Source of the DNA: Gammaproteobacteria bacterium
GTDB lineage: Bacteria; Pseudomonadota; Gammaproteobacteria; QZLD01
Assembly: GCA_033852075.1 (NCBI GenBank)
Contig: JAWSVC010000010.1
Coordinates: 105,683 to 169,682 of the forward strand
DNA length: 64,000 nt
Direction: 5' to 3'
Translations under genes and position numbers: made by a program
Shown: positions 30,521-40,997 of the stretch, piece by piece
Layout of the letters: every line of letters begins with the position of its first letter
Position numbering within the stretch: position 1 is the first letter of the stretch
The notes under the pieces: model-generated
Told to the model about the DNA's origin: nothing
Database searches by the model: none
The model's input: only the letters and a program-made list of their open reading frames with translations

Positions 30521-30939
30521 TGTATAGAAAACATAAAGGGTTTTCGCTGATAGAGTTAATGATTGTAGTTGCAGTAATGGCGATATTGGCAGCTGTAGCA
30601 TTTCCATCATATATGTCACACGTTCAAAAAACCCGTAGAGCTGATGGACAGTCAAAATTGATGGAGATAATGGGGCTGGAAGAGCGCCATTATTCTTTGA
30701 ATAATACTTATGTCGTGCTATCAGGATTGAGTGCCTATGGTAGTGATTCTGTAGATAGTGATGAGGGGTTCTATTCTATATCTGCGGCCGCATGTGGAAG
30801 TGGTCTTGGGAGTTGTGTGCAGTTAACAGCAACTCCGCAAGGTGCTCAGGCTAATGATAGTGAATGTGGAGCTCTTACCTATGATTCGCGAGGTCAAAAA
30901 GGTGAAGGTGGTACAGGATCGGTTGATGATTGTTGGTAA
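30520..30939 (+). CDS. pilE: Type IV minor pilin PilE
   Basis: KGFSLIELMIVVAVMAILAAVAFPSY, a C-terminal Cys pair, and last gene of the operon. Start ATG 30520, coupled to the upstream stop. Confidence 0.8.
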   Translation: MYRKHKGFSLIELMIVVAVMAILAAVAFPSYMSHVQKTRRADGQSKLMEIMGLEERHYSLNNTYVVLSGLSAYGSDSVDSDEGFYSISAAACGSGLGSCVQLTATPQGAQANDSECGALTYDSRGQKGEGGTGSVDDCW

Positions 30940-31032
30940 ATGAAGCCTTAAAAGCGGAACTGTTAGGTTGCAAATAAGATTAGGCATGTCTAATATATTA
31001 AAATAATAGGATGAAATTATAAAGGGTGGCTT

Positions 31033-31200
31033 ATGGCTCCAAATGATAATAACTACATGGGTAAAGAGCGAAGAAATCAGCAGCGGCGTACAGGTCAAGA
31101 TCGTAGGCAAATGGTGCGTTTTAGTGAAAAAGCTGACAGGAGAACCGGAAAAGATCGGCGTAATTTTAGAGGGGTTTGGAATACACGCTGTACTATTTAG
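31033..31200 (+). CDS. Candidate 55-aa arginine-rich micro-protein with tandem RRTGxDRR repeats
   Basis: MAPNDNNYMGKERRNQQRRTGQDRRQMVRFSEKADRRTGKDRRNFRGVWNTRCTI. An AAGGGTGG ribosome-binding site lies 6 nt upstream. It is below the ORF-track size cutoff and has no known family. Confidence 0.25.
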   Translation: MAPNDNNYMGKERRNQQRRTGQDRRQMVRFSEKADRRTGKDRRNFRGVWNTRCTI

Positions 31201-31240
31201 TTAGCTCAAATAATCATTTCAGAATTCTGTTATGCCGGTA

Positions 31241-31368
31241 CAGGTATTAATACCGTTCGTGCTGAGCGCGAAGCAGTCGAAGTATGAAACGGTATTGATG
31301 AAAGGTTTGCAAGCACCCTTCGACTGCTCGTACCTCGCGCTCAGGATGAACGGGATTTTAAGCTTTTA
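31241..31368 (+). repeat. Composite palindromic intergenic element, copy 1
   Basis: CCGTTCGTGCTGAGCGCGAAGCAGTCGAAG ... CTTCGACTGCTCGTACCTCGCGCTCAGGATGAACGG are imperfect ~30-nt inverted arms. About 85% identical to 47577-47736 and to the reverse complement of 37224-37357. Confidence 0.7.
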
Positions 31369-31506
31369 ATACTCTTCATCCATTAATAGCATTAGCAAAT
31401 TTGAATGGGTAATTTATAAGTAAGTGGTTTTTATCTTTAGCTACCAGCAAAATCCCTTCTATGCTACGATCTGCCTTTCTCTGAACGGATTCATTTTAAT
31501 AAAGCA

Positions 31507-33051
31507 ATGAGCAAATCACTTCTAAAATCTTCATTTGTCGTAGCAATAATGACTATGCTTTCACGAGTATTTGGCGTGGTGCGCGATATTGTTTTTTCTC
31601 ACTACCTTGGGGCAACCGGTGGTGCCGATGCGTTTTTTATTGCGTTTAAGATTCCAAATCTGATGCGTCGCATCTTTGCCGAAGGCGCCTTTTCGCAAGC
31701 ATTTATTCCAGTGCTTGCGGATCATAAGCACGAAGGTGATCATGAGTTAACTCGTAGATTTATCAGTGATGTTTGGGGGACGTTGGGAGCAATTCTGTTT
31801 GTAATATCTGTGGCTGGGGTATTTTTGGCTCCAATAATTGCCTTTATATTTGTTCCTGGTTGGTACTTTGATAAGCAGGAACAATATCAGCTAACCGTGC
31901 TGCTGTTGCGCTTTACTACTCCGTATATTCTGTTTATTTCGCTTGTTGCTTGTGCGGGCGGAATACTTAATTCTTATGGTAAGTTTGCGGTGCCTGCGTT
32001 TACTCCGGTACTTTTAAATATCTGCCTGATTCTGGCAACTATATTTATGGCACCGCACTTTTCTAATCCGCAGGTTGGGATAGCTTGCGGAGTGTTTGTT
32101 GCTGGGGCAGTGCAGTTGCTGTTTCAGTTGCCGTTCCTGTTTAAGCTTAATGTGCTTGGTAGACCTGGCTGGGGTTGGAATACCCCGGCGGTGAAAAAGA
32201 TCGTGAAGCTGATGCTGCCTTCTATTGTGGGGTCGTCGGCAGCGCAGATCAATCTGCTGATTGGCAGTATTCTGGCTTCACTGCTGGTTACCGGAAGCGT
32301 GAGTTGGCTTTACTATTCAGATCGTCTTATGGAGTTTCCGGTCGGGGTATTCGGAATTGCCGTATCAACGGTGATTCTACCGAAATTATCTGAGCAGCAT
32401 GTTGGCGATAATCAGGAACATTTTTCGCGCACGTTGGATTGGGCCTTACGTTTGGTTTTGGTTATTGGAACGCCGGCGGTGGTCGGTTTGATTTTTCTTT
32501 CTGAGCCAATAATTGCGACCATATTTGGTCATGGCGCTATTTCTGCGCATGATGTTACTCAGTCATCCAATAGTTTGATTGCCTATGCAATTGGTACGCA
32601 GGGGTTTATTCTAGTAAAGGTGTTGTCACCTGGTTTTTTTGCGCGCAAGGATACCAAGACTCCGATGAAGTTTGGTTTGGTGGCTGTTGTAACAAATATC
32701 GTATTAAGTCTTATCTTGCTGTATCCGCTGCAGCATGTTGGCCTGGCTCTGGCTACTTCTTTAGCTGCAATAGTAAATGCGGGATTGCTGTTTATCACTC
32801 TGTATCGACGCAAGATATATGTCCCGGAACATGGTTGGGGAATTATGATTCTGCGCACCATATTTGCCAATGCGTTTCTGGCCGCATTTTTGATTCACTT
32901 TTCTTCGATCGATAGTCATTGGTTTGATGAGCTATTGCTGGATAAAGTGATTTTTCTGCTGGAGGTGGTAGTTGGTGGCGGTGTGTTGTATTTCTTTGTT
33001 TTAGCTTCATTTGGGTTGCGGCCATCCCACCTAAAAGCCGATATCCACTGA
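31507..33051 (+). CDS. murJ: Lipid II flippase MurJ (MviN)
   Basis: 514 aa with 14 TM segments. N-terminus LTMLSRVFGVVRDIVFSHYLGATGGADAFFIAFKIPNLMRRIFAEGAFSQAFIPVL is diagnostic. Confidence 0.93.
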   Translation: MSKSLLKSSFVVAIMTMLSRVFGVVRDIVFSHYLGATGGADAFFIAFKIPNLMRRIFAEGAFSQAFIPVLADHKHEGDHELTRRFISDVWGTLGAILFVISVAGVFLAPIIAFIFVPGWYFDKQEQYQLTVLLLRFTTPYILFISLVACAGGILNSYGKFAVPAFTPVLLNICLILATIFMAPHFSNPQVGIACGVFVAGAVQLLFQLPFLFKLNVLGRPGWGWNTPAVKKIVKLMLPSIVGSSAAQINLLIGSILASLLVTGSVSWLYYSDRLMEFPVGVFGIAVSTVILPKLSEQHVGDNQEHFSRTLDWALRLVLVIGTPAVVGLIFLSEPIIATIFGHGAISAHDVTQSSNSLIAYAIGTQGFILVKVLSPGFFARKDTKTPMKFGLVAVVTNIVLSLILLYPLQHVGLALATSLAAIVNAGLLFITLYRRKIYVPEHGWGIMILRTIFANAFLAAFLIHFSSIDSHWFDELLLDKVIFLLEVVVGGGVLYFFVLASFGLRPSHLKADIH

Positions 33052-33057
33052 ATTTTT

Positions 33058-33166
33058 TCCTATTTTGTCCAATACTGCGTTATAGCTCCAGACTTGTTCA
33101 GTTACATATTGCAATATGCGCCTTCACAAGGCTTCGCTTTGCCTTGTCTTGGGCAAAATATGCTAA
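33058..33166. repeat. ~105-bp MITE-like intergenic element, copy B
   Basis: Paralogue of 22709-22816, with terminal inverted repeats CTATTTTGTCCAA / TTGGGCAAAATAT. The ORF 33094-33291 inside it is spurious. Confidence 0.55.
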
Positions 33167-33301
33167 AAATTAAAAGTCTACTGTATTGTATTCGCATTGC
33201 GTTTTTTATTCGTAAAATAAGTAGCATGCTGTTGTTCGGAGCAGGTTGGAATGTGGAGTTTATAAGCTGGGTTCAAATAGTAATTAATTAGCAGCTTTTT
33301 T

Positions 33302-33329
33302 TCTGGATTCCCGCCTTCACGGGAACGAC
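33302..33329. repeat. REP-like hairpin unit (inverted orientation, slightly degenerate)
   Basis: CTGGAT-tcccgccttcacgggaa-CGACG. Confidence 0.5.
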
Positions 33330-33426
33330 GGATGCGTAAATGCAAAAAACCCTTAATTTAACTCGCAATTATCCGCTATTTTTAGGATAATCTACGGTTC
33401 TGGTTGTCCGGTACGTCACTTGGGAT

Positions 33427-34356
33427 ATGCACTTAATACGCTCTTTAGAACAGTTCAGGCATCATTATGATGGTTGTGTAGCAACTATCGGTAATTTTGA
33501 TGGCGTCCATCTTGGGCATCAAAAGATGATGCGCGAGCTTAAAGAGAAAGGAAAAGAGCTGAATCTGCCGGTTGTGGTAATAACCTTTGAGCCGCATCCA
33601 AAAGATTACTTTGTACCTCAGTTTGCGCCATCGCGAATTTGCCGTTTGCGCGATAAGCTGGTATTTCTGCGCGATTGCGGTATTGATTACGTATATTTGA
33701 TTCGTTTTAACAGCCAGATTGCGCATATGAAAGCAGGAGCCTTTGTAGATGATGTGCTGGTAAGTGGTTTTGGAATCAAATATCTGGTAGTTGGTGATGA
33801 CTTCAGATTCGGCGCTGCCAGAGAAGGTGACTTTGACCTGCTGGTAACTCAGGGGAAGGATAAAGGTTTTGCTGTATCGCGCATGCCAACCTATCCACTG
33901 GATGGTGCCAGAGTCAGTAGCTCCAGAATTCGTGCCTGCCTTATGGAGAACGATATTGGTTATGCCGCCAAGTTATTGGGGCGGGAATACAGTATTTCTG
34001 GCAGAGTAAGGCATGGTTTAAAGCTGGGCCGAAAGTTAGAATTTCCAACTGCAAATATTGGTATGCCGCAGATGCCATTTCCATTGAACGGTGTGTATTT
34101 TGTTCGGGTTTATGGGCTTGACGATAAATCATATCCTGCTGTTGCCAATGTTGGATGCAGGCCAACAGTGGATGGAACATTGACTGTTTTAGAGGTGCAT
34201 ATACTTGAGTTTGACGAAGATATATATGGACGTTATATTCGAGTTGGTTTTCTCCATTTTTTGCGACCAGAGCAAAAGTTTGATTCCGTAGATGAACTAC
34301 GTAAGCAGATTGAGCAGGATGTTGCTCAGTCGAAAAAGTTTTTTAATTTAAATTAA
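33427..34356 (+). CDS. ribF: Bifunctional riboflavin kinase / FMN adenylyltransferase
   Basis: [11 protein letters not shown], and the riboflavin-kinase C-terminal domain PTANI...GVYFVRV. Confidence 0.93.
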   Translation: MHLIRSLEQFRHHYDGCVATIGNFDGVHLGHQKMMRELKEKGKELNLPVVVITFEPHPKDYFVPQFAPSRICRLRDKLVFLRDCGIDYVYLIRFNSQIAHMKAGAFVDDVLVSGFGIKYLVVGDDFRFGAAREGDFDLLVTQGKDKGFAVSRMPTYPLDGARVSSSRIRACLMENDIGYAAKLLGREYSISGRVRHGLKLGRKLEFPTANIGMPQMPFPLNGVYFVRVYGLDDKSYPAVANVGCRPTVDGTLTVLEVHILEFDEDIYGRYIRVGFLHFLRPEQKFDSVDELRKQIEQDVAQSKKFFNLN

Positions 34357-34358
34357 AA

Positions 34359-37199
34359 TTGGGTATGCCCGTGACAAAAGACTATAAAGATACGCTAAAC
34401 CTTCCTGAAACCGAATTTCCAATGCGCGGAAATTTGGCTAAACGTGAGCCAGATATGCTGAAAGACTGGCAGGAAAAAGATATCTACAACAAGATTAGAG
34501 AGATATCCAAGGGAAGAGATAAGTATATTCTGCATGACGGCCCTCCGTATGCGAATGGTGATATCCATATCGGTCATGCGGTAAACAAGATCCTGAAAGA
34601 TTTTATTATCAAGAGTAAAACTCTAAGTGGTTACGATGTGCCTTATATCCCAGGCTGGGACTGTCATGGTCTGCCGATTGAAACTCAGGTCGAAAAGAAG
34701 GTTGGCAAGGTTGGTAAAAAAGTAGATGCCAAAGGCTTCAGAGATCTGTGTCGTGAATATGCGGGTAAGCAGGTTGAAGGGCAAAAACGTGATTTTGTTC
34801 GTCTTGGTGTATTTGGTGAGTGGGATAATCCATATTTGACTATGGATTATAGAACCGAGGCCGATATCCTGCGTGTTCTTGGTAAGGTGATCGAAAATGA
34901 TCACTTAGTACGTGGTTTTAAGCCGGTACACTGGTGTATGGATTGTGGCTCATCTCTGGCAGAGGCCGAGGTCGAATACGAAGATAAAGAATCACCAGCG
35001 ATTGATGTTAAGTTTGATGTGGTTGATAAGGCTGCGTTTCTTGAAAAGACCGGTTGTGAAATAAACGGTGTTGATCCTGCCCTAGTTATCTGGACCACAA
35101 CTCCGTGGACACTTCCTGCTAACCGCGCTGTATGTTTGCATCCTGATCTGGATTATGTGGTCGTATCTTTTGTTCAAGAAGGCAATAAACAGCTGGTTTT
35201 GTTGGCAGAGGCACTCTACAGTCAGGCAGTATTGCGCTATGGTGCGGAAGATGTACTGGTGGTTGGCAGATGCCGTGGTTGTGATTTGGAAAATATGGAG
35301 CTTAAACATCCGTTCTACGATCGTATTGTGCCGGTGATTCTTGGTGAGCACGTTACAACCGATACTGGTACCGGAGCGGTTCATACAGCCCCTGGTCATG
35401 GCGTTGACGACTATGTGGTTGGTCAGCGTTACGGTATTGAAGTAGATAATCCGGTTGGTGCTAATGGCTGCTTCCTGGAAGGGACCGAACTGTTTGCAGG
35501 TGAACACGTGTTTAAGGCAAATCCAAAGGTGGTTGAGGTTCTTAAAGAGCGTGGCGCGTTGTTGAAACATGAAAAACTACTGCACAGCTATCCACACTGT
35601 TGGAGACATAAAACCCCGGTGATTTTCCGTGCTACACCACAGTGGTTTATTGGTATGGAAAAGAAAGGTCTGCGCAAAGGCTGTGTTGATGCCATTAATA
35701 ATGTTGAGTGGATCCCAGGCTGGGGTAAGGCTCGTATAGAAGGGATGGTGGAAAAATCTCCGGACTGGTGTATTTCGCGTCAGCGTATTTGGGGAGTTCC
35801 GATTGCGCTATTCGTGCATAAAGAGACTCAAGAGCCGCATCCAGACAGTGTAAAACTGATCGAAGAGGTTGCGAAAAAAGTTGAGCATGGTGGTATCGAT
35901 GCCTGGTTCGAACTGGAAGCGGAAGAGCTTATCGGTGCTGATGCGGAAAGCTATGAAAAGGTACACGATACCCTGGATGTATGGTTTGATTCCGGCGCTA
36001 CCAACTATTCAGTAATTGATCAGCGCGATCAGCTGGAGTTTCCGGCAGATCTTTATCTTGAGGGTTCCGACCAGCATCGTGGCTGGTTCCAAACCTCACT
36101 GAAACTTTCAATGGCAATGCGTGGTAAGCCGCCATTTAAAAATGTTCTGACCCATGGCTTTGTGGTAGATGCTCACGGTAAGAAAATGTCCAAATCTGCT
36201 GGTAATGTAGTGTTGCCACAAAAGGTATTTAACTCATTGGGTGCTGATATCCTCAGACTGTGGGTAGCAGCAACCGATTACACCACCGAGATGCGAGTAT
36301 CGGATGAAATCTTAAAGCGAGCAGCTGATTCTTATCGTCGTATGCGTAATACCTCGCGTTTCCTATTGGCTAATCTTTCTGGATTTGATCCAAAACAGCA
36401 TATGTTGGAATCATCAGAAATGATTGCCATCGATCGCTGGGCTATGGATCGTGCGGCTGAAATTCAGGAAGAGGTAATTAAGGCCTATGATGATTTTGAT
36501 TTTCATCTTATCTACCAGAAGGTGCATAACTTCTGTTCTGTGGATATGGGGGGGTTCTATCTAGATATCATCAAAGACAGGCAATATACAACTGCAACAG
36601 ACAGTGTTGCTCGTCGTTCTGCGCAAACTGCTATCTATCACATTGTTGAAGCGTTGACTCGCTGGTTGGCTCCGATCCTGAGCTTTACCGCAGATGAGAT
36701 TTGGAAAGAGATTCCTGGTGAGCGTGAAGAGTCTGTATTCTTCGTAACCTGGTATGAAGGTTTGCAGCGTCTTGAGCAGGATGGCAAACTTAATAAAGGT
36801 TTCTGGGATAGTCTGTTGGCAGTTCGCGAAGGGGTGAATAACTCTCTGGAAGGGTTAAGATCCGGTAAGCAGATTGGTTCATCGTTGGATGCTGAGGTGA
36901 CTATCTACTGTGATGATACGCTGTTGGAAAAATTGTCTGCGGTTGGTGATGAATTGCGCTTTGCGTTAATTACATCTTATGCGGCAGCAAAACCTCTAAG
37001 TGAAGTAGGTGATGTTGAGATTGTTGAGATCGAAAGTGGCGAGAAATATGCAGTGGCTGCCACAGTATCCAAGCATACAAAGTGTGTGCGCTGCTGGCAT
37101 CATCGCGAAGATGTTGGTGGTGATGCTGAACACCCTGGTCTTTGTTCAAGATGTGTCGAGAATGTTACTACCTGTGGTGAAAATCGGCAGTTTGTGTGA
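34359..37199 (+). CDS. ileS: Isoleucine--tRNA ligase
   Basis: 946 aa with HIGH ([12 protein letters not shown]), KMSKS, and a C-terminal zinc-finger CxxC...CxxC. Confidence 0.97.
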   Translation: MGMPVTKDYKDTLNLPETEFPMRGNLAKREPDMLKDWQEKDIYNKIREISKGRDKYILHDGPPYANGDIHIGHAVNKILKDFIIKSKTLSGYDVPYIPGWDCHGLPIETQVEKKVGKVGKKVDAKGFRDLCREYAGKQVEGQKRDFVRLGVFGEWDNPYLTMDYRTEADILRVLGKVIENDHLVRGFKPVHWCMDCGSSLAEAEVEYEDKESPAIDVKFDVVDKAAFLEKTGCEINGVDPALVIWTTTPWTLPANRAVCLHPDLDYVVVSFVQEGNKQLVLLAEALYSQAVLRYGAEDVLVVGRCRGCDLENMELKHPFYDRIVPVILGEHVTTDTGTGAVHTAPGHGVDDYVVGQRYGIEVDNPVGANGCFLEGTELFAGEHVFKANPKVVEVLKERGALLKHEKLLHSYPHCWRHKTPVIFRATPQWFIGMEKKGLRKGCVDAINNVEWIPGWGKARIEGMVEKSPDWCISRQRIWGVPIALFVHKETQEPHPDSVKLIEEVAKKVEHGGIDAWFELEAEELIGADAESYEKVHDTLDVWFDSGATNYSVIDQRDQLEFPADLYLEGSDQHRGWFQTSLKLSMAMRGKPPFKNVLTHGFVVDAHGKKMSKSAGNVVLPQKVFNSLGADILRLWVAATDYTTEMRVSDEILKRAADSYRRMRNTSRFLLANLSGFDPKQHMLESSEMIAIDRWAMDRAAEIQEEVIKAYDDFDFHLIYQKVHNFCSVDMGGFYLDIIKDRQYTTATDSVARRSAQTAIYHIVEALTRWLAPILSFTADEIWKEIPGEREESVFFVTWYEGLQRLEQDGKLNKGFWDSLLAVREGVNNSLEGLRSGKQIGSSLDAEVTIYCDDTLLEKLSAVGDELRFALITSYAAAKPLSEVGDVEIVEIESGEKYAVAATVSKHTKCVRCWHHREDVGGDAEHPGLCSRCVENVTTCGENRQFV

Positions 37200-37223
37200 T
37201 TAGTATGTTTACTGGTAAAGCAT

Positions 37224-37357
37224 AAAAGCTATTCCGTTCATCCTGAGCGTGAGGTACGAACAGTCGAAGGGTGATAGTAAAAAGCCGAATTAATACCGTT
37301 TCATACTTCGACTGCTTCGCGCTCAGCACGAACGGCATTAATTTCCCCGGACAGCAG
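37224..37357 (-). repeat. Composite palindromic intergenic element, copy 2 (inverted)
   Basis: Reverse complement matches copies 1 and 3, including the flank CATTAATTTCCCCGGACAGCAG. Confidence 0.7.
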
Positions 37358-37448
37358 TGGGACTTGACTCGGTATCCAGTAAAAGAAAGTTTGCAGCGCG
37401 AAGCGCTAATTTTACGTAATATTAATGAATAGGATTCTTTTGGAGTAG

Positions 37449-37949
37449 TTGATGCTTAAGTGGTTATGGTTATCTGTAGTTGTAGTGATTGCCGATCAGA
37501 TAACCAAGATATTGGTTATTCAGAACTTTGAATATCAGGACGCAGTTGCCGTTTTGCCTGTATTTAATTTGGTGCACGTACATAATTTTGGTGCAGCGTT
37601 CAGCTTTTTAAGTACTGAAAGTGGTTGGCAGCGCTGGCTATTTGCCGGATTGGCGATAGTTATCAGCGTAATGATAGTATTTTGGATAAGCCGATTGAAA
37701 ATTGGTGAACGATTCACTGCTATTGGGCTTGCTCTTGTTTTAGGCGGTGCGGTTGGTAATTTGGTTGACCGTATTTATCATGGATATGTTATTGATTTTT
37801 TAGATTTTCATCTTGGAACAAATCATTGGCCTGCGTTTAATGTTGCTGATATTGCTATATCGGTTGGGGTTGTTGCGCTTATTATTCTTTCTTTTTTTGA
37901 TAAGAAGGATGTTATTGATAATAAAAAAGAGATTAACCAGAATGGTTGA
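37449..37949 (+). CDS. lspA: Lipoprotein signal peptidase II
   Basis: 166 aa with 4 TM segments, FNLVHVHNFGAAFSFL and NVADIAISVG. Confidence 0.92.
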   Translation: MMLKWLWLSVVVVIADQITKILVIQNFEYQDAVAVLPVFNLVHVHNFGAAFSFLSTESGWQRWLFAGLAIVISVMIVFWISRLKIGERFTAIGLALVLGGAVGNLVDRIYHGYVIDFLDFHLGTNHWPAFNVADIAISVGVVALIILSFFDKKDVIDNKKEINQNG

Positions 37950-38886
37950 GAAAATTCTGGTAGCCAATCCTCGTGGTTTTTGTGCTGGTGTGCAACGGGC
38001 AATTCAGATTGTTGAAACTGCATTGGCAAAATTTGGAGCACCAATATACGTAAGACATGAGATTGTACATAACCGTTTTGTGGTTGAAGGCCTAAAGGAT
38101 AAAGGGGTTGTTTTTGTCGAAAACGTTGAAGAGGTTCCTGAAGGAGAGATTGTAATATTTAGTGCTCATGGTGTTTCCAAGGAAGTAGAAAATAAGGCAA
38201 TTAATAGGAATCTACGTGTATTTGACGCAACTTGTCCACTTGTGTCTAAGATTCATTCTCAAGTTGTATCTAATGCAAAGGAAGGTAGGGATACGATTTT
38301 GATAGGGCATCCAGGTCATGCAGAGGTGGAAGGAACTCTTGGTCAATTTGCTGGGGCGGTTGCTTGTAGAGCAAAAATTCATGTTGTGGCAAATTTAGAT
38401 GATGTAGATAAGCTTGATATTGATGCTGAGAAGCCACTGGCATATGTGACTCAGACTACCCTATCCGTTGATGATGCAAGAGATATTTTGAGCTCTTTGC
38501 AGAAGAAGTATCCATATATTACTGGTCCTAAAAGTAAAGATATCTGTTATGCGACGCAAAATCGTCAAGATGCTGTAAAGAAGCTATCCAAACAGTCTGA
38601 TGTTATCTTTGTTGTAGGATCTAAAAATAGTTCCAACTCCAATCGATTGCGAGAAATTGGTGAAAAACATGGGGTGATGACATATCTGGTTGATTGTGCT
38701 GATGAAATAGAAGATTTTATGCTGCATGATGTGAAGATTGTTGGTGTTACCGCAGGTGCCTCTGCTCCTGAAGAGTTGGTGCAGGAAGTATTGAAAAAAT
38801 TAAGTAATGATGGGGCGGTTATTGAGCAGTTGGATGGGGTGGCGGAAAAAATAGTATTTTCTTTACCAAAACAATTGTTAAGATAG
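37942..38886 (+). CDS. ispH: 4-hydroxy-3-methylbut-2-enyl diphosphate reductase
   Basis: MVEKILVANPRGFCAGVQRAIQIVE, SAHGVS, and the three conserved Cys. The start overlaps the lspA stop (ATGGTTGA). The ORF-track 5' extension (37813) is an out-of-context reading through lspA. Confidence 0.93.
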   Translation: MVEKILVANPRGFCAGVQRAIQIVETALAKFGAPIYVRHEIVHNRFVVEGLKDKGVVFVENVEEVPEGEIVIFSAHGVSKEVENKAINRNLRVFDATCPLVSKIHSQVVSNAKEGRDTILIGHPGHAEVEGTLGQFAGAVACRAKIHVVANLDDVDKLDIDAEKPLAYVTQTTLSVDDARDILSSLQKKYPYITGPKSKDICYATQNRQDAVKKLSKQSDVIFVVGSKNSSNSNRLREIGEKHGVMTYLVDCADEIEDFMLHDVKIVGVTAGASAPEELVQEVLKKLSNDGAVIEQLDGVAEKIVFSLPKQLLR

Positions 38887-38960
38887 TCAATATGGCTAAA
38901 ATGAATGTTGATGGTTAAATCGCTAATTCGTATATAAAAAAATATAGCAAAGGGATTAAT

Positions 38961-39338
38961 TTGGTTGAAGGCAAAGACAAGACGATCTTAATTGTTGATG
39001 ATAGTAAGCTAGCAAGGCTAATAATCAGTAATATCATTAATGCATGTTATCCTCACTGGAAAATTATTGAGGCTGAGGATGTTGTTGATGCCGCAGAAAA
39101 ATCAAAGGGTAGATCTTTTGATGCTATTTCTCTTGATGTAAATATGCCTGGAGAGGATGGTTTGTCGTTCGCACCAAGGCTTAAAAAGATGTGCCCGGAT
39201 ATTCCAATTGCATTGCTTACGGCTAATATTCAACCTAAGGTGCAGGAAAGGGCAAAAGAATTGGGGCTTTATTTTATACCTAAGCCAATAACTAAAGATA
39301 AACTTGCCGGTTTTATGCAAGTTGTTTTGCAAAAGTGA
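38961..39338 (+). CDS. Single-domain response regulator (CheY-like receiver), TTG start
   Basis: KTILIVDDS, phospho-acceptor region LDVNMPGEDG, LLTAN, and the conserved K in FIPKP. Confidence 0.5.
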   Translation: MVEGKDKTILIVDDSKLARLIISNIINACYPHWKIIEAEDVVDAAEKSKGRSFDAISLDVNMPGEDGLSFAPRLKKMCPDIPIALLTANIQPKVQERAKELGLYFIPKPITKDKLAGFMQVVLQK

Positions 39339-39490
39339 TAAAAAAACTGACATCTTGTGTAAAAAAGCTTGACATTGCTGGTTATCGATACTAGCATTAT
39401 AGTGAATAAGCCTTTGTTTTATAATTCTTTTGTGAAGTTGTTTGGGGACACGCAATTAGGCTTCATTACTTTTTAAAACGAGAGTCATAG

Positions 39491-40933
39491 ATGGATATAA
39501 CAGCGCGCAAGCCATTTAATAACCCTATCTTATGGAATAAATACATTAGAGTATTTAGAAGCTATGTTCCGGCGTGGTTATTGGTGCTTGGTATTATTGA
39601 ACTACTGGTGCTGATGATTATTTCGGTGTTTGCAGCGGCAGAATTTGATTTCTATCAGTTGTTTGCTGCTGATGGTAATTGTTTTTCATGCCTTTTTAAG
39701 GCTGGAATATTTAGTATTACTATTTGGTTGTCTATGATCTCAATGGGATTGTATCAGCGTAGGTTGCGAGAAGGTGCTGCAGGTATTGCGTTGAGAGTTG
39801 TTATAAGTCATATATTTGGAGCAATAGCTCTATTTTGTTTTTATTTCATTATCCCCAATATATCTATTGATTTTAAAATTACTTTTGCCGCATTAATTAT
39901 CTCATATATATCTATATTGATGGTTAGAATTGCCTTTCTGCGTTTGGTGGGTACAGAAGTTTTCAAAAGTAGAGTTATGGTTTTAGGTACTGGAGAAAAG
40001 GCTGGGGGTATAACTCATCTTAAGCGTTGGATTGATACGGTTGGCTATACTTTGGTTGGTTTTATAAATGTTGGTAATAGTGAACCAAAGATAGATATAG
40101 ACCGCATAATAGATTCGAAAGGTAAAACTTTGGCTCAACTAGTTCGTGAATATTGCGTTGATGAAATTGTTATTGCCTTTGATGATCGCCGTCGGCGTAT
40201 GCCTATGGACGATTTGCTTGATTGTAAAATGCTTGGGGTGAGAGTTGTAGATCTTATTACCTTCTATGAAAGGGAAACCTATAAGCTTAAATTAGATGTT
40301 ATGGATCGGAGTTGGTTGATCTTTTCAGATGGATTTCAGCAAGGTGTATATGCTCGGTGGATAAAGCGAATATTGGATATTATTGTTAGTGGTTCAATAT
40401 TGTTAATAACGATGCCTATTATGGTAATCACTGCCATTGCGATAAAATTAGAAAGTCATGGAGGAGTATTTTATTCCCAAAAAAGAGTTGGTTTTGCTGG
40501 TAAGCTATATTCTGTGCACAAGTTTCGCAGTATGGTGGCCAATGCCGAAAAAAACGGAGCTCAATGGGCAACCAAGAACGATAGTCGGGTAACAAAGGTT
40601 GGAGGGTTTATCCGTCTGACGCGGATTGATGAGCTTCCACAATTATGGAATGTATTAAAAGGTGATATGAGTTTTGTCGGGCCACGCCCTGAACGTCCAG
40701 AGTTTGTTGATCAGTTTTGTGAACGGATTGAATATTATGCAGAACGGCATAGGGTAAAACCTGGTATAACTGGTTGGGCACAGGTGTGTTATCCATATGG
40801 TGCATCGGAAAGTGATGCGTTCGAGAAACTTCAATACGACCTTTATTATGCCAAGAATAGCAGCCTGTTTCTTGATCTTATGATTATATTGCAGACAGTT
40901 GAGGTTATAGTTTGGCAAAAAGGGGCTCGCTGA
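39491..40933 (+). CDS. epsB: EPS polyprenyl glycosylphosphotransferase, EpsB-type (PEP-CTERM-system-associated sugar transferase)
   Basis: 480 aa with N-terminal TM helices and a C-terminal bacterial sugar-transferase domain (PGITGWAQV, DLYYAKNSSLFLDLMIILQT). It sits immediately upstream of prsK/prsR/prsT. Confidence 0.75.
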   Translation: MDITARKPFNNPILWNKYIRVFRSYVPAWLLVLGIIELLVLMIISVFAAAEFDFYQLFAADGNCFSCLFKAGIFSITIWLSMISMGLYQRRLREGAAGIALRVVISHIFGAIALFCFYFIIPNISIDFKITFAALIISYISILMVRIAFLRLVGTEVFKSRVMVLGTGEKAGGITHLKRWIDTVGYTLVGFINVGNSEPKIDIDRIIDSKGKTLAQLVREYCVDEIVIAFDDRRRRMPMDDLLDCKMLGVRVVDLITFYERETYKLKLDVMDRSWLIFSDGFQQGVYARWIKRILDIIVSGSILLITMPIMVITAIAIKLESHGGVFYSQKRVGFAGKLYSVHKFRSMVANAEKNGAQWATKNDSRVTKVGGFIRLTRIDELPQLWNVLKGDMSFVGPRPERPEFVDQFCERIEYYAERHRVKPGITGWAQVCYPYGASESDAFEKLQYDLYYAKNSSLFLDLMIILQTVEVIVWQKGAR

Positions 40934-40997
40934 TTTTTTGCAGGGCGTATAGCAATCCGCCAATAATAATTCCGCACGATAGAGAGATATAAATAGA

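Noticed and set aside
35082-35570. 162-aa minus-strand ORF within ileS
   Set aside because: Antisense to isoleucyl-tRNA synthetase, a shadow ORF.
37813-37941. N-terminal extension of the ispH ORF in the ORF track
   Set aside because: The extension reads through the lspA coding region in another frame and translates to low-complexity Leu/Arg repeats. The conserved IspH N-terminus begins at MVEKILV (ATG 37942).
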